Assembly: GCA_002269645.1 (NCBI GenBank)
Contig: NIVC01000089.1
Location: 1 to 64,000 of the forward strand
From: Macrostomum lignano
Taxonomy: Eukaryota
DNA length: 64,000 bases
Reading direction: 5' to 3'
In this document: piece by piece, positions 12,188 through 23,316 of the stretch
Numbering within the stretch: position 1 is the stretch's first letter
How the letters are laid out: every line of letters starts with the position of its first letter
Notes under the pieces: generated by a model
The model's database searches: none
What the model saw: only the letters and a program-made list of their open reading frames with translations
What the model was told of the DNA's origin: nothing
Translations under genes and position numbers: made by a program

Positions 12188-14460
12188 AGAAGCGTCATAT
12201 AAAAACCATACAAGCGTCATGTAAACAATCATAGAAGCGTCATGTAAAAAATCATAAAAGCGTCATGCAAACAATTATAGAAGCGTCATGTAAAAATCAA
12301 AGAAGCGTCATATAAACAATCATAGAAGTGTCATGTAAACAATCATTGAAGCATCATGTAAAAATCATAAAAGCGTCATGAAAAAATCATAGAAGCGTCA
12401 TGCAAACAATCATAGAAGCGTCATGCAAACAATCATAGAAGCGTCATGTAAACAATCATAGAAGTGTCATGTAAACAATCATAGAAGCGTCATATAAAAA
12501 TCATAGAAGCGACATGAAAAAATCATAGAAGCCTCATGTAAAATCATAGAAGCGTCATGCAAACAATCATAGAAGCGTCATGCAAACAATCGTAGAAGCG
12601 TCATGTAAACAATCATAGAAGCGTCTTATAAAAAATCATAGAACCGTCATGTAAAAATCATAGAAGCATCATGTAAAAATCATAAAAGCGTCATGCAAAC
12701 AATCATAGAAGCGTCATGTAAACAATCATAGAAGCGTCATGTAAACAATCATAGAAGTGTCATGTAAAAAATCATAGAAGCAACATGTCATAGAAGTGAC
12801 ATGAAAAAATCATAGAAGCGTCATGTAAAATCATAAAAGCGTCATGAAAAAATCATAGAAGCATCATGTAAACAATCATAGAAGCGTCATGTAAAAATCA
12901 TAGACGCGTCATGTAAACAATCATAGAAGTGTCATGTAAAAAATCATAGAAGCGTCATGTAAAAAATCTAGAAGCGTCGTTTAAAAATCATAGAAGTGTC
13001 ATGAAAAAATCATAAAAGCGTCATGTAAAAATCATAGAAGCGTCATTTAAAAAATCATACAAGCGTCATGTAAACAATATAGAAGCGTCATGTAAAAATC
13101 ATAGAAGCGTGAAAAAATCATGCGTCATGTAAACAATCATAGAAGCGTCATGTAAACAATCATAGAAGCATCATGTAAAAAATCATAGAAGCGTCATGCA
13201 AACAATCATAGAAGCATCATGTAAAAATCAAAGAAGCGTCATATAAACAATCATAAAAGCGTCATGTAAACAATCATTGAAGCGTCATGTAAAAATCTTA
13301 AAAGCATTATGAAAAAATCATAGAAGTGTCATGCAAATAATCATAAAAGCGTCATGCAAACAATCATATAAGCATCATGTAAACAATCATAGAAGTGTCA
13401 TGTAAAAAATCATAGAAGCGTCATGTAAAAATCATAGAAGTGTCATGAAAAAATCATAGAAGCGTCATGCAAACAATCATAAAAGTGTCATGTAAAAAAT
13501 CAAAGAAGCGTCATGTAAAAAATCAAAGAAGCGTAATGTAAACAATCATAGAAGCGTCATATAAAAATCATAGAAGCGACATGAAAAAATCATAGAAACG
13601 TTATGTAAAATCATAGAAGCATCATGAAAAAATCATAGAAGCGTCATATAAACAATCATAGAAGCATCATGTAAAAATCATAGAAGTGTCATGTAAACAA
13701 TCATAGAAGCGTCATGTAAAAAATCATAGAAGCGACATGCAAACAATCATAGAAGCATCATGTAAAAATCAAAGAAGCGTCATATAAAGAATCATAGAAG
13801 CGTCATGTAAACAATCATTGAAGCGTCATGTAAAAATCATATAAGTGTCAGGAAAAAATCATAGAAGCGTCATGCAAACAATCATAGAAGCGTCATGTAA
13901 ACAATCATAGAAGCGTCATGCAAACAATCATAGAAGCATCATGTAAAAATCAAAGAAGCGTCATATAAACAATCATAGAAGCATCATGTAAACAATCATT
14001 GAAGCGTCATGTAAAAATCATAGAAGCGACATGAAAAAATCATACAAGCGTCATGTAAACAATCATAGAAGTGTCATGTAAAAAATCATAGAAGAAACAT
14101 GAAAAAATCATAGAAGCGTCATGTAAACAATCATATAAGCGTCATGTAAACAATCATAGAAGCGTCATGTAAAAAATCATAGAAGTGTCATGCAAACAAT
14201 CATAGAAGCGTCATGTAAAAAATCATAGAAGCGTCATGAAAAAATCATAGAGGCGTCATGTAAACAATCATAGAAGTGTCATGTAAACAATAATAAAAGC
14301 ATCATCAAAAGATCATGGAAGCCTCATATAAAAACAAATGGAAGTGTCATTTGAGAAATCATAGAAGCGTCATGGAAGAATAAAAGAAGCGTCATGTAAA
14401 AATCAAAATAAGCGTAATGTCAGACATGAAAGTAGTGTCATGTAAAAATTAAATGAAGCT
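12188..14460. repeat. 2.2-kb satellite, 22-24-bp unit AATCATAGAAGCGTCATGTAAAC
   Basis: Long direct tandem array that degenerates at its right end. Confidence 0.95.
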
Positions 14461-14469
14461 ATTGTGCTG

Positions 14470-15430
14470 TGCTGGGAAGAATTACTAAGATGTCAAGGCT
14501 CACGGAGAATAACTCAGATTATGGGGAGGGGGTTTCTGAGATGTCAGAGAAGCAAAGAAGCAAACGTCAGAAGCTACTTCAAAGTACATGTAGTTTACTC
14601 AATTTTTTATTACATTCTTTGTTGGCTCACTATGGGGGGCGCTGATAGAAGAAGAGTCATGTAAAAAAGAAAAGAAGCACTATGTGTACATAAAAGAAGA
14701 GTCATTATGTCAAAGTTAAAAGATTCATTTGGGAATTGCTACGATGCCAAGGCTTGGAGGGAATCGCTATAGTGCTGTGATTCTTAAATAAGGAATTACT
14801 AAAATGTCAAGGCTTAGGGGGGAAGAATTTCTGAGATTTCAAGGCTTTAGGTTGGGTTAAAGTTAGGTTTAGATCAGGTTTGGGTTGAGGGTTAGATTTT
14901 AGCAGGTTTCAAGATTAACGGGATTTTTCAGATTTCAAGGTTTATGGGGGTTATCGCTAACATGTCAAGGCTTACGGGGGGAATAGCTGAGATGTCAAAG
15001 CTCATGGGGGAATAACTGAGATGTCAAGGCTAAATTCACAAGCTACATGTAGTTTATTGAAAAATGTTTTCATTATTTGTTGGCTCTTCACGGGAAGGAT
15101 TGCTGATAGATAAAGTGCAATGTAAAAAATAAAAGCAGCTTCATGTTAAAGTTAAGAGATTCATTTGGGAATCCCTGCAATGTCGAGGCTTGCAGGGAAT
15201 CGCTATAATGCTGTAGTGCTATAATGACTCTTGGAGAGAATTACTGAAATGTCAATGCTTTAAGGTTAGGGTTAGGGTTAGGGTTAAGGTTAGAAGGTTA
15301 ACAGATTTTTTAAGATTTCAAGGCTTATGGGGGGAATTGCTGAGATGTCAAGGGGGAGTTGATATGCTAAGGCTTGTAGGGGGGATTGCTGACATGTCAA
15401 GGCTTACAAGGGTTTGCTGAGGTATAATGC
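14470..15430. repeat. Composite repeat: blocks of about 450 bp containing the GGGAATTGCTGAGATGTCAAGG unit and a short (TTAGGG)n tract
   Basis: The block ACATGTAGTTTA..TTGGCTC..GCTGATAG..GATTCATTTGGGAAT recurs near 14590 and 15045, and partly near 15440. TTAGGG repeats lie at about 15262-15292. Confidence 0.75.
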
Positions 15431-17351
15431 AAAAAGATGCTTACATGTAGTTTATTAAAAAACTTGTGCTATATTTTTTGGCTCCCCAATGGGGGGCGCT
15501 GATTGCTAGTATTTTACTAATAAGAAAAAATGAATTTCTAATATATTATACAGTCTTTTAAGCAAGAACTTGGTTTATAGAATATTTATCTAGCTTGGTA
15601 CTCAAAAAGTTGTTTTTCTACTATTATATACAAAAATTGTTTTTTGAAAATAGCATAGCATTCTAAGTATAATTTATGACCATGTATGAAAGCAACCATT
15701 AGAACTATATATATATATATTAAGATATAGAGGGTAGGACCCTTGCGTGCACATGCTCACAGAACAAGCAGGAGGGGCAGGCAACAGGCAGCGACAGCCC
15801 TTTAGAACTATCTAACATTTATATTAGTTATACAAGTTGATATATTGTCATTAAGAAAAATTTTCTATAATTGACTAAACAATAGGCCCATACTATTCTT
15901 AAAGATAGGCTAACTAAATAAATCCTACAAAGTTGCACATATAATAACATTAGACAAAAAAGTTTCAACTAAAAACATAAGATAAATGTAAGCCCTTATT
16001 GTATAGTATATAATATAAGGCTTATGATTATAGCCATATAATGAGTTATTTTAAGTAGAAAAACCAAGGGAAAGGGGCAATTGCCCTAATTAGGCAGAGA
16101 CCTGAAAAAATCCAAGGGGAAAGGGACCAAGCAGATTTTTGCCAAAAACAGAGCTACCCACTCCCTCCCTAAGGTCTTTATCTCCAGACTAGAATTTACC
16201 CCTCAACAAATTTCTGGTTGCAGTACTAGTTGAGGCCTATTTTAGCCAAAAAGCATTATTTTATTTATAGTTTTTAATCTGAATTTAGTCATAGACATAT
16301 GAATTCAAATGATAGGTCTCACAAAGCTAATAGCCCCCCCCCCCTAATAAGAAATAGAATTATACTATTTTGCAAGCTATTAGCAAATCTTAATTATTTA
16401 TGATTAGATGAAAGAGTTCAGTGAATATTATAGATTAGGCCTATAGATATGGAATAAATAGCAAAATAGGCAGAAGGATTTAATTGGCCTAATCAGCAGT
16501 ATGTAAATCACTTTTGGTCTAATATTTACACTTGAATAGGAAACAATAGAGGTATTTTTCCTAAAATGCAAAATTACATATGGTATGACTACCACCACAG
16601 ATTCACAGACTTAGCTAAACACCATTTGGCATTTGTGTATGGAGACAAAATTGATACAATGCTGGTGAGTTTAGAACAGCAACACGTGAAATGCTGAAAG
16701 AATGTTATATGTTTTTGGAAAGTTAGAATGTTAGAAAAAGCTAAAAAGGTAGAAAGTTGGAGTGCATAGAATTTTTGTAAATAGCCAATTTTTCTTCAGC
16801 ACATAAGGTTTCAGCTTTTTTCAATGTTGATCTTGGTAATTAGGTCAGATGTCATTTTGAATTTCATGCTCTGGATAGATTAAACCTGCTGAAAACAATG
16901 TTTTAAACAAATACATTAAAGGTAAACATAAAAAATTGTATGAATATTTGTACTTGCTTAATGGATAGAAAGTATTTTTAATTGCTGTGTAACAAATAAA
17001 TAAACATAGAGCCTAGCTTTTAGCAGTATATTTTCTTTTACGACTGAAGACTGTGAATGCGTAGAATCTCTACCATGGTACTGAGTCCTGACTATAAACT
17101 GATATGCTTAAGTTGAAATCAAACATGTATGTGGGAATAATTGGCCTAATTGCAATTAAATTAGTTTAAAAAATTTCAATTTTTGCACAAAAGAAATATC
17201 ATTGGAATTCTTGCATTTCCATACAAATTAAATTGTACTTTTTAAAATTAACATAATTTTCTTGCAATTTTGCAATATTTTATGCAATTTAGGAGTCATG
17301 TGTAATTTTGAACCTCATTCATAATATGACTTTAGCCTGAAGCAACTAATA

Positions 17352-18660
17352 CGAGGGGCGTTCAATAAGTTTCCGGATGCACAGAAATGAAAAGCGTCAG
17401 AGGGAAGATAAATGTCAGGCCTTTTCGAAGTACTCTCCAGCAGCTTTGATGCACTTTCTTATCCTTTCAAACCAAGTAGCAAAGCAGCCAGCCCACTCTG
17501 ACTGAGGGATGTTGAACAGGTGACTTTGGAAGGCCTCGACAGCCTGTTCCGGTGATGCAAATTGGACTCCCTTGAGCAGGCGCTTGACTTGTGGGAACAC
17601 AAAGAAGTCACATGGTGCCAAGTCGGGGCTGTAGGGTGGGTGCTGAAGCAGTTGGACGCGATTCTGCTCCATGAACTCCACAGTTAGTCGCGCAGTGTGG
17701 GCCGGGGCGTTGTCCTGGTGGAGCAGCAACCCGCGATGGCGAGTCCTTGGGCGCTTCTCAGCGATGGATTGCAGCACCTGGGGCATACAGTTGGTTACAT
17801 ACCAGCCTGCAGTCACTGTCCACTATGTTACCAGCGGAATCATGGCTACGGGACTGCTGCAAGCCACAAAAACAGCCACCATCTGCTTGGCAACGCTTCG
17901 CGACTGCACCAGCTTTGAAGGTGGCGGGCTGCCAATGGGGGTCCACTGGGCCAATTGCTGCTTGCTCTCTGGGTCAAAACAGTACACCCAAGTTTCATCA
18001 CCACTGACAATGTCCCAGGAGCTAGTTGATCTTCCACCATCAAATCTTTCAAGCATTGAATGGCACCAATCGATCCAGGCCTGTTTCTGCTCCTGGGTCA
18101 GGTGATGAGACACCCAGTGTGCGGACACCTTGCTGAGGCCAAGCCTTTCATGTAGGATGGTTGAGGTGCTTCCCAATGAAATGCCCACAGCAGTGGCTAG
18201 CTGTTGCACTGTCAACTGCGTGTTTTCCTCAACCAGGGCCTGCATTGCAGCCACTGCTTCCTGAGTGGTCGAACTCGGGGGTTGTCCTTTGCGAGCCTCG
18301 TCTTTGAGAGACACTCGGCCCCAACGGAATTCCGCGAACCAGTCAAAGACGGTTGTTTTCGAGGGTGCAGTATCCCCAAAGGCTAGGCAAAGCCGTTCTA
18401 AGCTTTGCAACTGGTTCAGACCACATTTGTAGTCGTAAAAAATCATCGCTCTCCAGTGGATGCGTGACAGTTCCATAATAGATACTTGAATTTGGAGGTG
18501 ATAAGTGACTTTGAAGTGAACTTGTGAGATTCAGGTTTATTGTGTAACCTTTATATTTTATGTCAAATCTCAGGAGATGTACATTTTTCATGTGAGTACA
18601 TTTTGAGCAGCCTAGAGTGCGCTGGCTCTTATGGTCCAGAAACTTATTGAATGCCCCTCG
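17352..18660 (-). mobile_element. Full-length mariner (DD34D) transposon
   Basis: 26-bp TIRs CGAGGGGCGTTCAATAAGTTTCCGGA and (reverse complement) CGAGGGGCATTCAATAAGTTTCTGGA. TA on both flanks (17350-17351 and 18661-18662). Length 1309 bp. Confidence 0.97.
17415..18476 (-). pseudogene. Mariner transposase with one in-frame stop
   Basis: ORFs 17823-18476 and 17415-17816 share a frame and are split by TAG at 17823-17825. Motifs IVSGDETW, HQDNAPAH and YSPDLAPCDF, with 34 residues between the 2nd and 3rd D. Confidence 0.95.
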
Positions 18661-18834
18661 TATTTGCTAATTTATCTATGATAGGATAGTATCAATTATT
18701 GCTCTCAAGACCAACTAGATAGCATCATTTCAAATGATAATGATGATGACCAATGACCAATATTGTTGAATACATAAAGCTATATATGCAAAGTTGGCTA
18801 ATTAAAGTCTATGATAACTTTTGCAATTTAGAAG

Positions 18835-19200
18835 TCACTATGGCCTGGCACCTATCACTTTTCAAGCATGCTTAAAAATGAACACTGTTTTGACAACATA
18901 TCTATTATAGACATTTGGTAAATCTACATTGTATATTCCATTAGTTGCTACCACAATTGCATGATAGTACAACTCTTTATGTAAGCTATCTGGCAAATTA
19001 CAGTTTAATACAAAAGCAAGGCACTTTTTGAGTCTATAACAAGATTAGTTATGCTCTTGAGTCATTCCAGTTCCAAAAGGATTTTAGCAATCATGGCATC
19101 ATCATTTAAAGAAACATGATAATAGATAGGGTAAAATTTCTGTCAAACTCAATTAGTATTTTTCTAGTCTAAAATGCTATCAAATTTTTTGCTGTCTTCA
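18835..19200 (-). pseudogene. Possible RNase H remnant of a non-LTR retrotransposon
   Basis: Broken minus frames contain LVIDSKSALL and *VPGHSD, resembling the RNase H motifs SDSxSAL and WVPGHS. Confidence 0.3.
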
Positions 19201-19860
19201 TGAAAATGTCTTGCATGAATATTATCACATAAGCATCAGTAGCAAAAAACAATAATAGATGCTTATAAAGGAACAAGTAATCCCATTAAAGCTGCCTGCT
19301 TGAGTTTGGGATTGCAATTTTTTGGGTTATAATTTTTTAGTTTCAAACTCTATTGATGCTTGGATAATGACCAGAGATCATTGGATTCTAACTCTCCATT
19401 ATCCTAGGCAAATATCATTTTTATTAGCTATGCATCTTACAACTAAGCTGCATGTGTTCTTATATACTTATATACTATTGATAAATATACATCAACAGTT
19501 CCTAATTTAAGCCTTCCATAGCCTTATGGCACCCAATATAATCAGAAATGTGATTAATGCATTCAATCATTCATTTAGGCTGAGAAGATTCATATTGATG
19601 CAGGACCTATCATTCAGTTCCCCATACTTTTGCTTCTTATAATGTTCTGGAACAAGAACTTGCAGTATTTGGCTTTTAAGCTGCCATCTGTTCTACTGAA
19701 TATTGTATTGCATAACTTTCAGTTGCTTCTTGCTATACTTTCTAGGAAACAATCTATCCAACCAGTTTAATAACTTAGCATACATAGTAACTGCTAAGCC
19801 TATGCCAATGATTAGAGTTGCAATTTGGTAGTCTTTAGTAAGACTGCTCAGTGCTTCTGG

Positions 19861-20201
19861 CACATTGTAGTCTCATTCTAAAGGATAATATGAACCAAAA
19901 AAACATATTATATAAAGTTGGTCAATATGGAATTTAGCTTATCAAATGCTGTTTCTTTGCTACTCAATCTCACCATTGCTCTAATCAGCTATACACAAGC
20001 TCATATTGAGTCACTTATTAGTTCTTTGATGACACATTGTATTCTCATTCTAAAGGATAATATGAACCAAAAAAACATATTTTATAAAGTTGGTCAATAT
20101 GGAATTTAGCTTATCAAATGCTGTTTATTTGCTACTCAATCTCACAATTGCTCTAATCAGCTATACACAAGCTCATGTTGAGCCACTTATTAGTTCTTTG
20201 A
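19861..20201. repeat. Tandem duplication, period 172 bp
   Basis: TCTCATTCTAAAGGATAATATGAACC...TTAGTTCTTTGAT starts at both 19871 and 20043. Confidence 0.9.
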
Positions 20202-20928
20202 TTTTAGCTTTTATAGATACTATAATTTTTGTCAAATAAACAGTTAATTTTTCCTGTTACAACTTTTTCAAGAAAGTTGATATAAATTTCCAGGGTTATT
20301 TATGTTTATATGAATTAAAATGTAACTATTTAGTGAATGAAAATAGGAATTCACACTGTACACTGGACATGAAAGACATGAAATTTCATGGCACTATAAG
20401 GCTAGCATGTTAGTCATAGGACAGATTTTTGTACAACTAAGTTGATATTTGATTGAGTATAGTTGATGTAGTAAAAATTAGTGAAAATACAAGAAGCAGT
20501 ATTTAATATATTTTTGTGTTTTGTTGGTTAGTTGGTTGGTTAGACTGATAAAAGCATTAAGAAAGCAAGCTCATGTGGATAAAAAGTCAAAAAATTGATG
20601 GCTAACAAAATTTAACAAATCAATCACTGCAATTATTATTGTACAAGAATACAAATCAATAACCATAGAAAACGGCATATGCATATGGATGCAGTAGGGG
20701 TTTATGACCACATCACAAGGTGGCTAATCTAGCTTAGTTTTTTCTTATATTCTCCCTTTGTTGTACTATTGTGTAATCACCATGCCCCTTATCCAGGCTA
20801 AGAGTTGCTAATAGCTAGCTGGCTCTGACCCCATAAGTAGAAATGCTGGCCATGCCACTGATGGATATTGCCTATTGGACAAGCCAAGTAACTAAATTTG
20901 AAATCCGGCCTCCGCCCCGCAGCTGCAG

Positions 20929-23029
20929 ATGTCCGACAGCAGCAGAATCAGCGCCTTCCCGCTGCCGCCAATGCAGTACGTGAACTGCTACACTGACGAG
21001 CGGGTGCACAGCGGCACCGCGCCGCCTCCGCCCCGGCCTCTGGACTCCAGCTATGCCATGTTCGGCATGCCATGCACCAAAGAGGACGCCGTCATTCACT
21101 CGCTGGAGAGTCAGGGCATTCGCCGCCTGTACCCGGCGCTCTACGATCACAAGCGGGAATTGAAGAAGCTGAATTTCTCCATCTTGGCCAACTATCTCGA
21201 CCTGATGGACATTGTGGTTAAGTGTCCGGATTCTCAGGAGCGATTGCAGAAACTCGAGCATATGAAGACTCTGTTTATTAATGTGCACCATCTCATTAAT
21301 GAGTATAGACCGCTACAGGTAATTTGTCTTTCTGTTTGAGTTTGCGAGTAGATTTTTGTTGGAATTTCACTGTTGTCTGATAGAAATCCCACCGAATATT
21401 CGACTGAAATCCCACCGAATATTCGACTGAAATCCCACCTGATATTCGACTGAAATCCGACTGAATATTCGACTGAAATCCGACCGAATATTCTACTGAA
21501 ATCCGACCGAATATTCAACTGAAATCCCACCGAATATTCGACTGAAATCCCACCGAATATTCGACTGAAATCCCACCAAATATTCGACTGAAATCCCACC
21601 AAATATTCGACTGAAATCCGACCGAATATTCGACTCGAACTCGCCTAGTATTCGACCAATATTTTATGGAACTGAACGTCAACTGAATGTTTCATTCGAA
21701 TTTGGCTTAACATTAGTCTAAATCCGACCGAATATTGCGCTAAATTTTGCACACCTCTGCCTATAATATGATAGATAATAAGATAATTAAAATCCGTATC
21801 GAACACTGGCCAACAGGCCAGGGACACCCTCATCGAGATGCTGTCCCTGCAGAGCAGCGTCACCCACCAGTCGGTGGACACGGCCTCCCGCTACCTGGCC
21901 CGAGCCGATGCCGTTGTTGGCCGAGCGGCGGCCGCCTCTGTCGGCGGAGACGAGGACGAACCAATGCGAGGGGCGGACGAGGCTGCCGGTGGCGAAATTT
22001 CCCAGGCGCTGCTAAACGATATCGATAAGCTCTCCGCTGAGCTGAGCGAGCTGACAGCGGCTGCGGCTGAGCTGGTGAGGAGCCGCTTCTGCGATACGGG
22101 CGTCAATGTATTTATAATATTAGTATTCGCAGGAGGGCTGCGGCAATTCTGCCCATTCCGCTGACTCTTGAGCACATAAAAGTACGCGGATACTGTACGG
22201 AGGCATATACACTCTGTGCCCTGGGGGGTTGGCCATCATCCTAGGTGTGAATCGCACCACAACCCGCTAAAGCGTCATTGCAAGCAACTCACTAGTGACT
22301 CAAAAGTCGAAAAATGTCCTCCAAGAGTCGTTGTACTAGCGCTTAACTTTCTACAAACTCAGTGATTCTACAGCGACTCCAGCACGCCTCAGATACGACT
22401 CTACGGCCCCAGAGTCGTTTCAGAGTCGCAGACAATCAAAACTTCGCCTACAGTCACTTCTTTCCTATTTACCTGTGTTATCTGCAACCACTCTGAGACG
22501 CTTTCATCGGTCCTCCAGACAAATCTTTCGTGCCAAAGGTGTCTTGGCAATTCCTCAGTGAGCATCTTAGCAATTATCATTAAGCACTCACCTCTCAAGA
22601 CAGTTGACGAATCTTGTAAACAGTGCATTCGGTTCGGTTTTAATCTGTATAACAATTGATCCCAACCGGAATTCTACCCTCCCCCCCCCGGAGCAGGACG
22701 ATGCAGAAAGTGCCGGCTTTGACTTGTTCGCGAGCCGCGGCGACGACGGCAACGGCGACGAGGCGGCCGGAGATTCTGCGACCGACGATGTCGAATTGGA
22801 GGTGGACTCGGATGAGACTAGCGAAGACGACGACGAGGCGGATGAGGCTGGCGAGGCTGTTGTCAATCTGCCAGCCGGTCATCAGGCAGCTGTCGGTTTT
22901 TCTTCAACTGGCAACGATGCAGCGTCTGGGAGCCTGGCACAGGCGCCGGCTGCTGAGGCGGCGGTGGGAGCGTCAGACGAGGCGCCAAGCGTGCTGGACG
23001 ATCTGGACTCGCTGCTCGCCTTCAATTAA
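20929..23029 (+). CDS. MED7: Mediator subunit 7 with predicted acidic C-terminal extension
   Basis: Exons 20929-21318, 21817-22074 and 22697-23029 (GT-AG, all phase 0, about 326 aa). Motifs PLPPMQY, LESQGIRRLYP, DHKRELKKLNFSIL and HHLINEYRPLQ|ARDTL match MED7. Exon 3 is inferred from phase-compatible splice sites. Confidence 0.92.
21383..21635. repeat. 23-bp minisatellite GAAATCCCACCGAATATTCGACT in MED7 intron 1
   Basis: Tandem units, many containing the palindrome CGAATATTCG. Confidence 0.95.
22272..22560. repeat. GAGTC/GACTC-rich dispersed element, copy 1 (MED7 intron 2)
   Basis: Blocks ..AGAGTCG..TAGCGCTTAACT and TTCTACAGCGACTCCAGCACGCCTCAGAT..AGAGTCGCAGAC are shared with 25480-25910 and 49655-50105. 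Confidence 0.8.
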
Positions 23030-23166
23030 TTAAGATTCTAGTATATTAGACTAGCCATCCGCCCCCCCCCCCGGGGGGGACGCGTTCTCCTATGCTGTAA
23101 ATATTGCTGTCTCCTATGCTCTCAAGAAATTCCTAAGCATTTTTAAAGTTTGTTGCTTTCTACAAT

Positions 23167-23172
23167 AATAAA
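23167..23172 (+). promoter_or_regulatory. Candidate polyadenylation signal (AATAAA) of MED7
   Basis: AATAAA 138 nt after the predicted stop, followed by a T-rich tract. Confidence 0.45.
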
Positions 23173-23316
23173 GAATTGTGCAATAACGTTTGTTATTGTT
23201 ATTGCCAGCTAGAATTTTTATTGCATTTTATAATTTATTATTATTCAACCTACTTAGAAATATATTTATTAATTTAAAAACATCTACAGTCACAGTCACC
23301 ATTGTTCATGCGGTAA

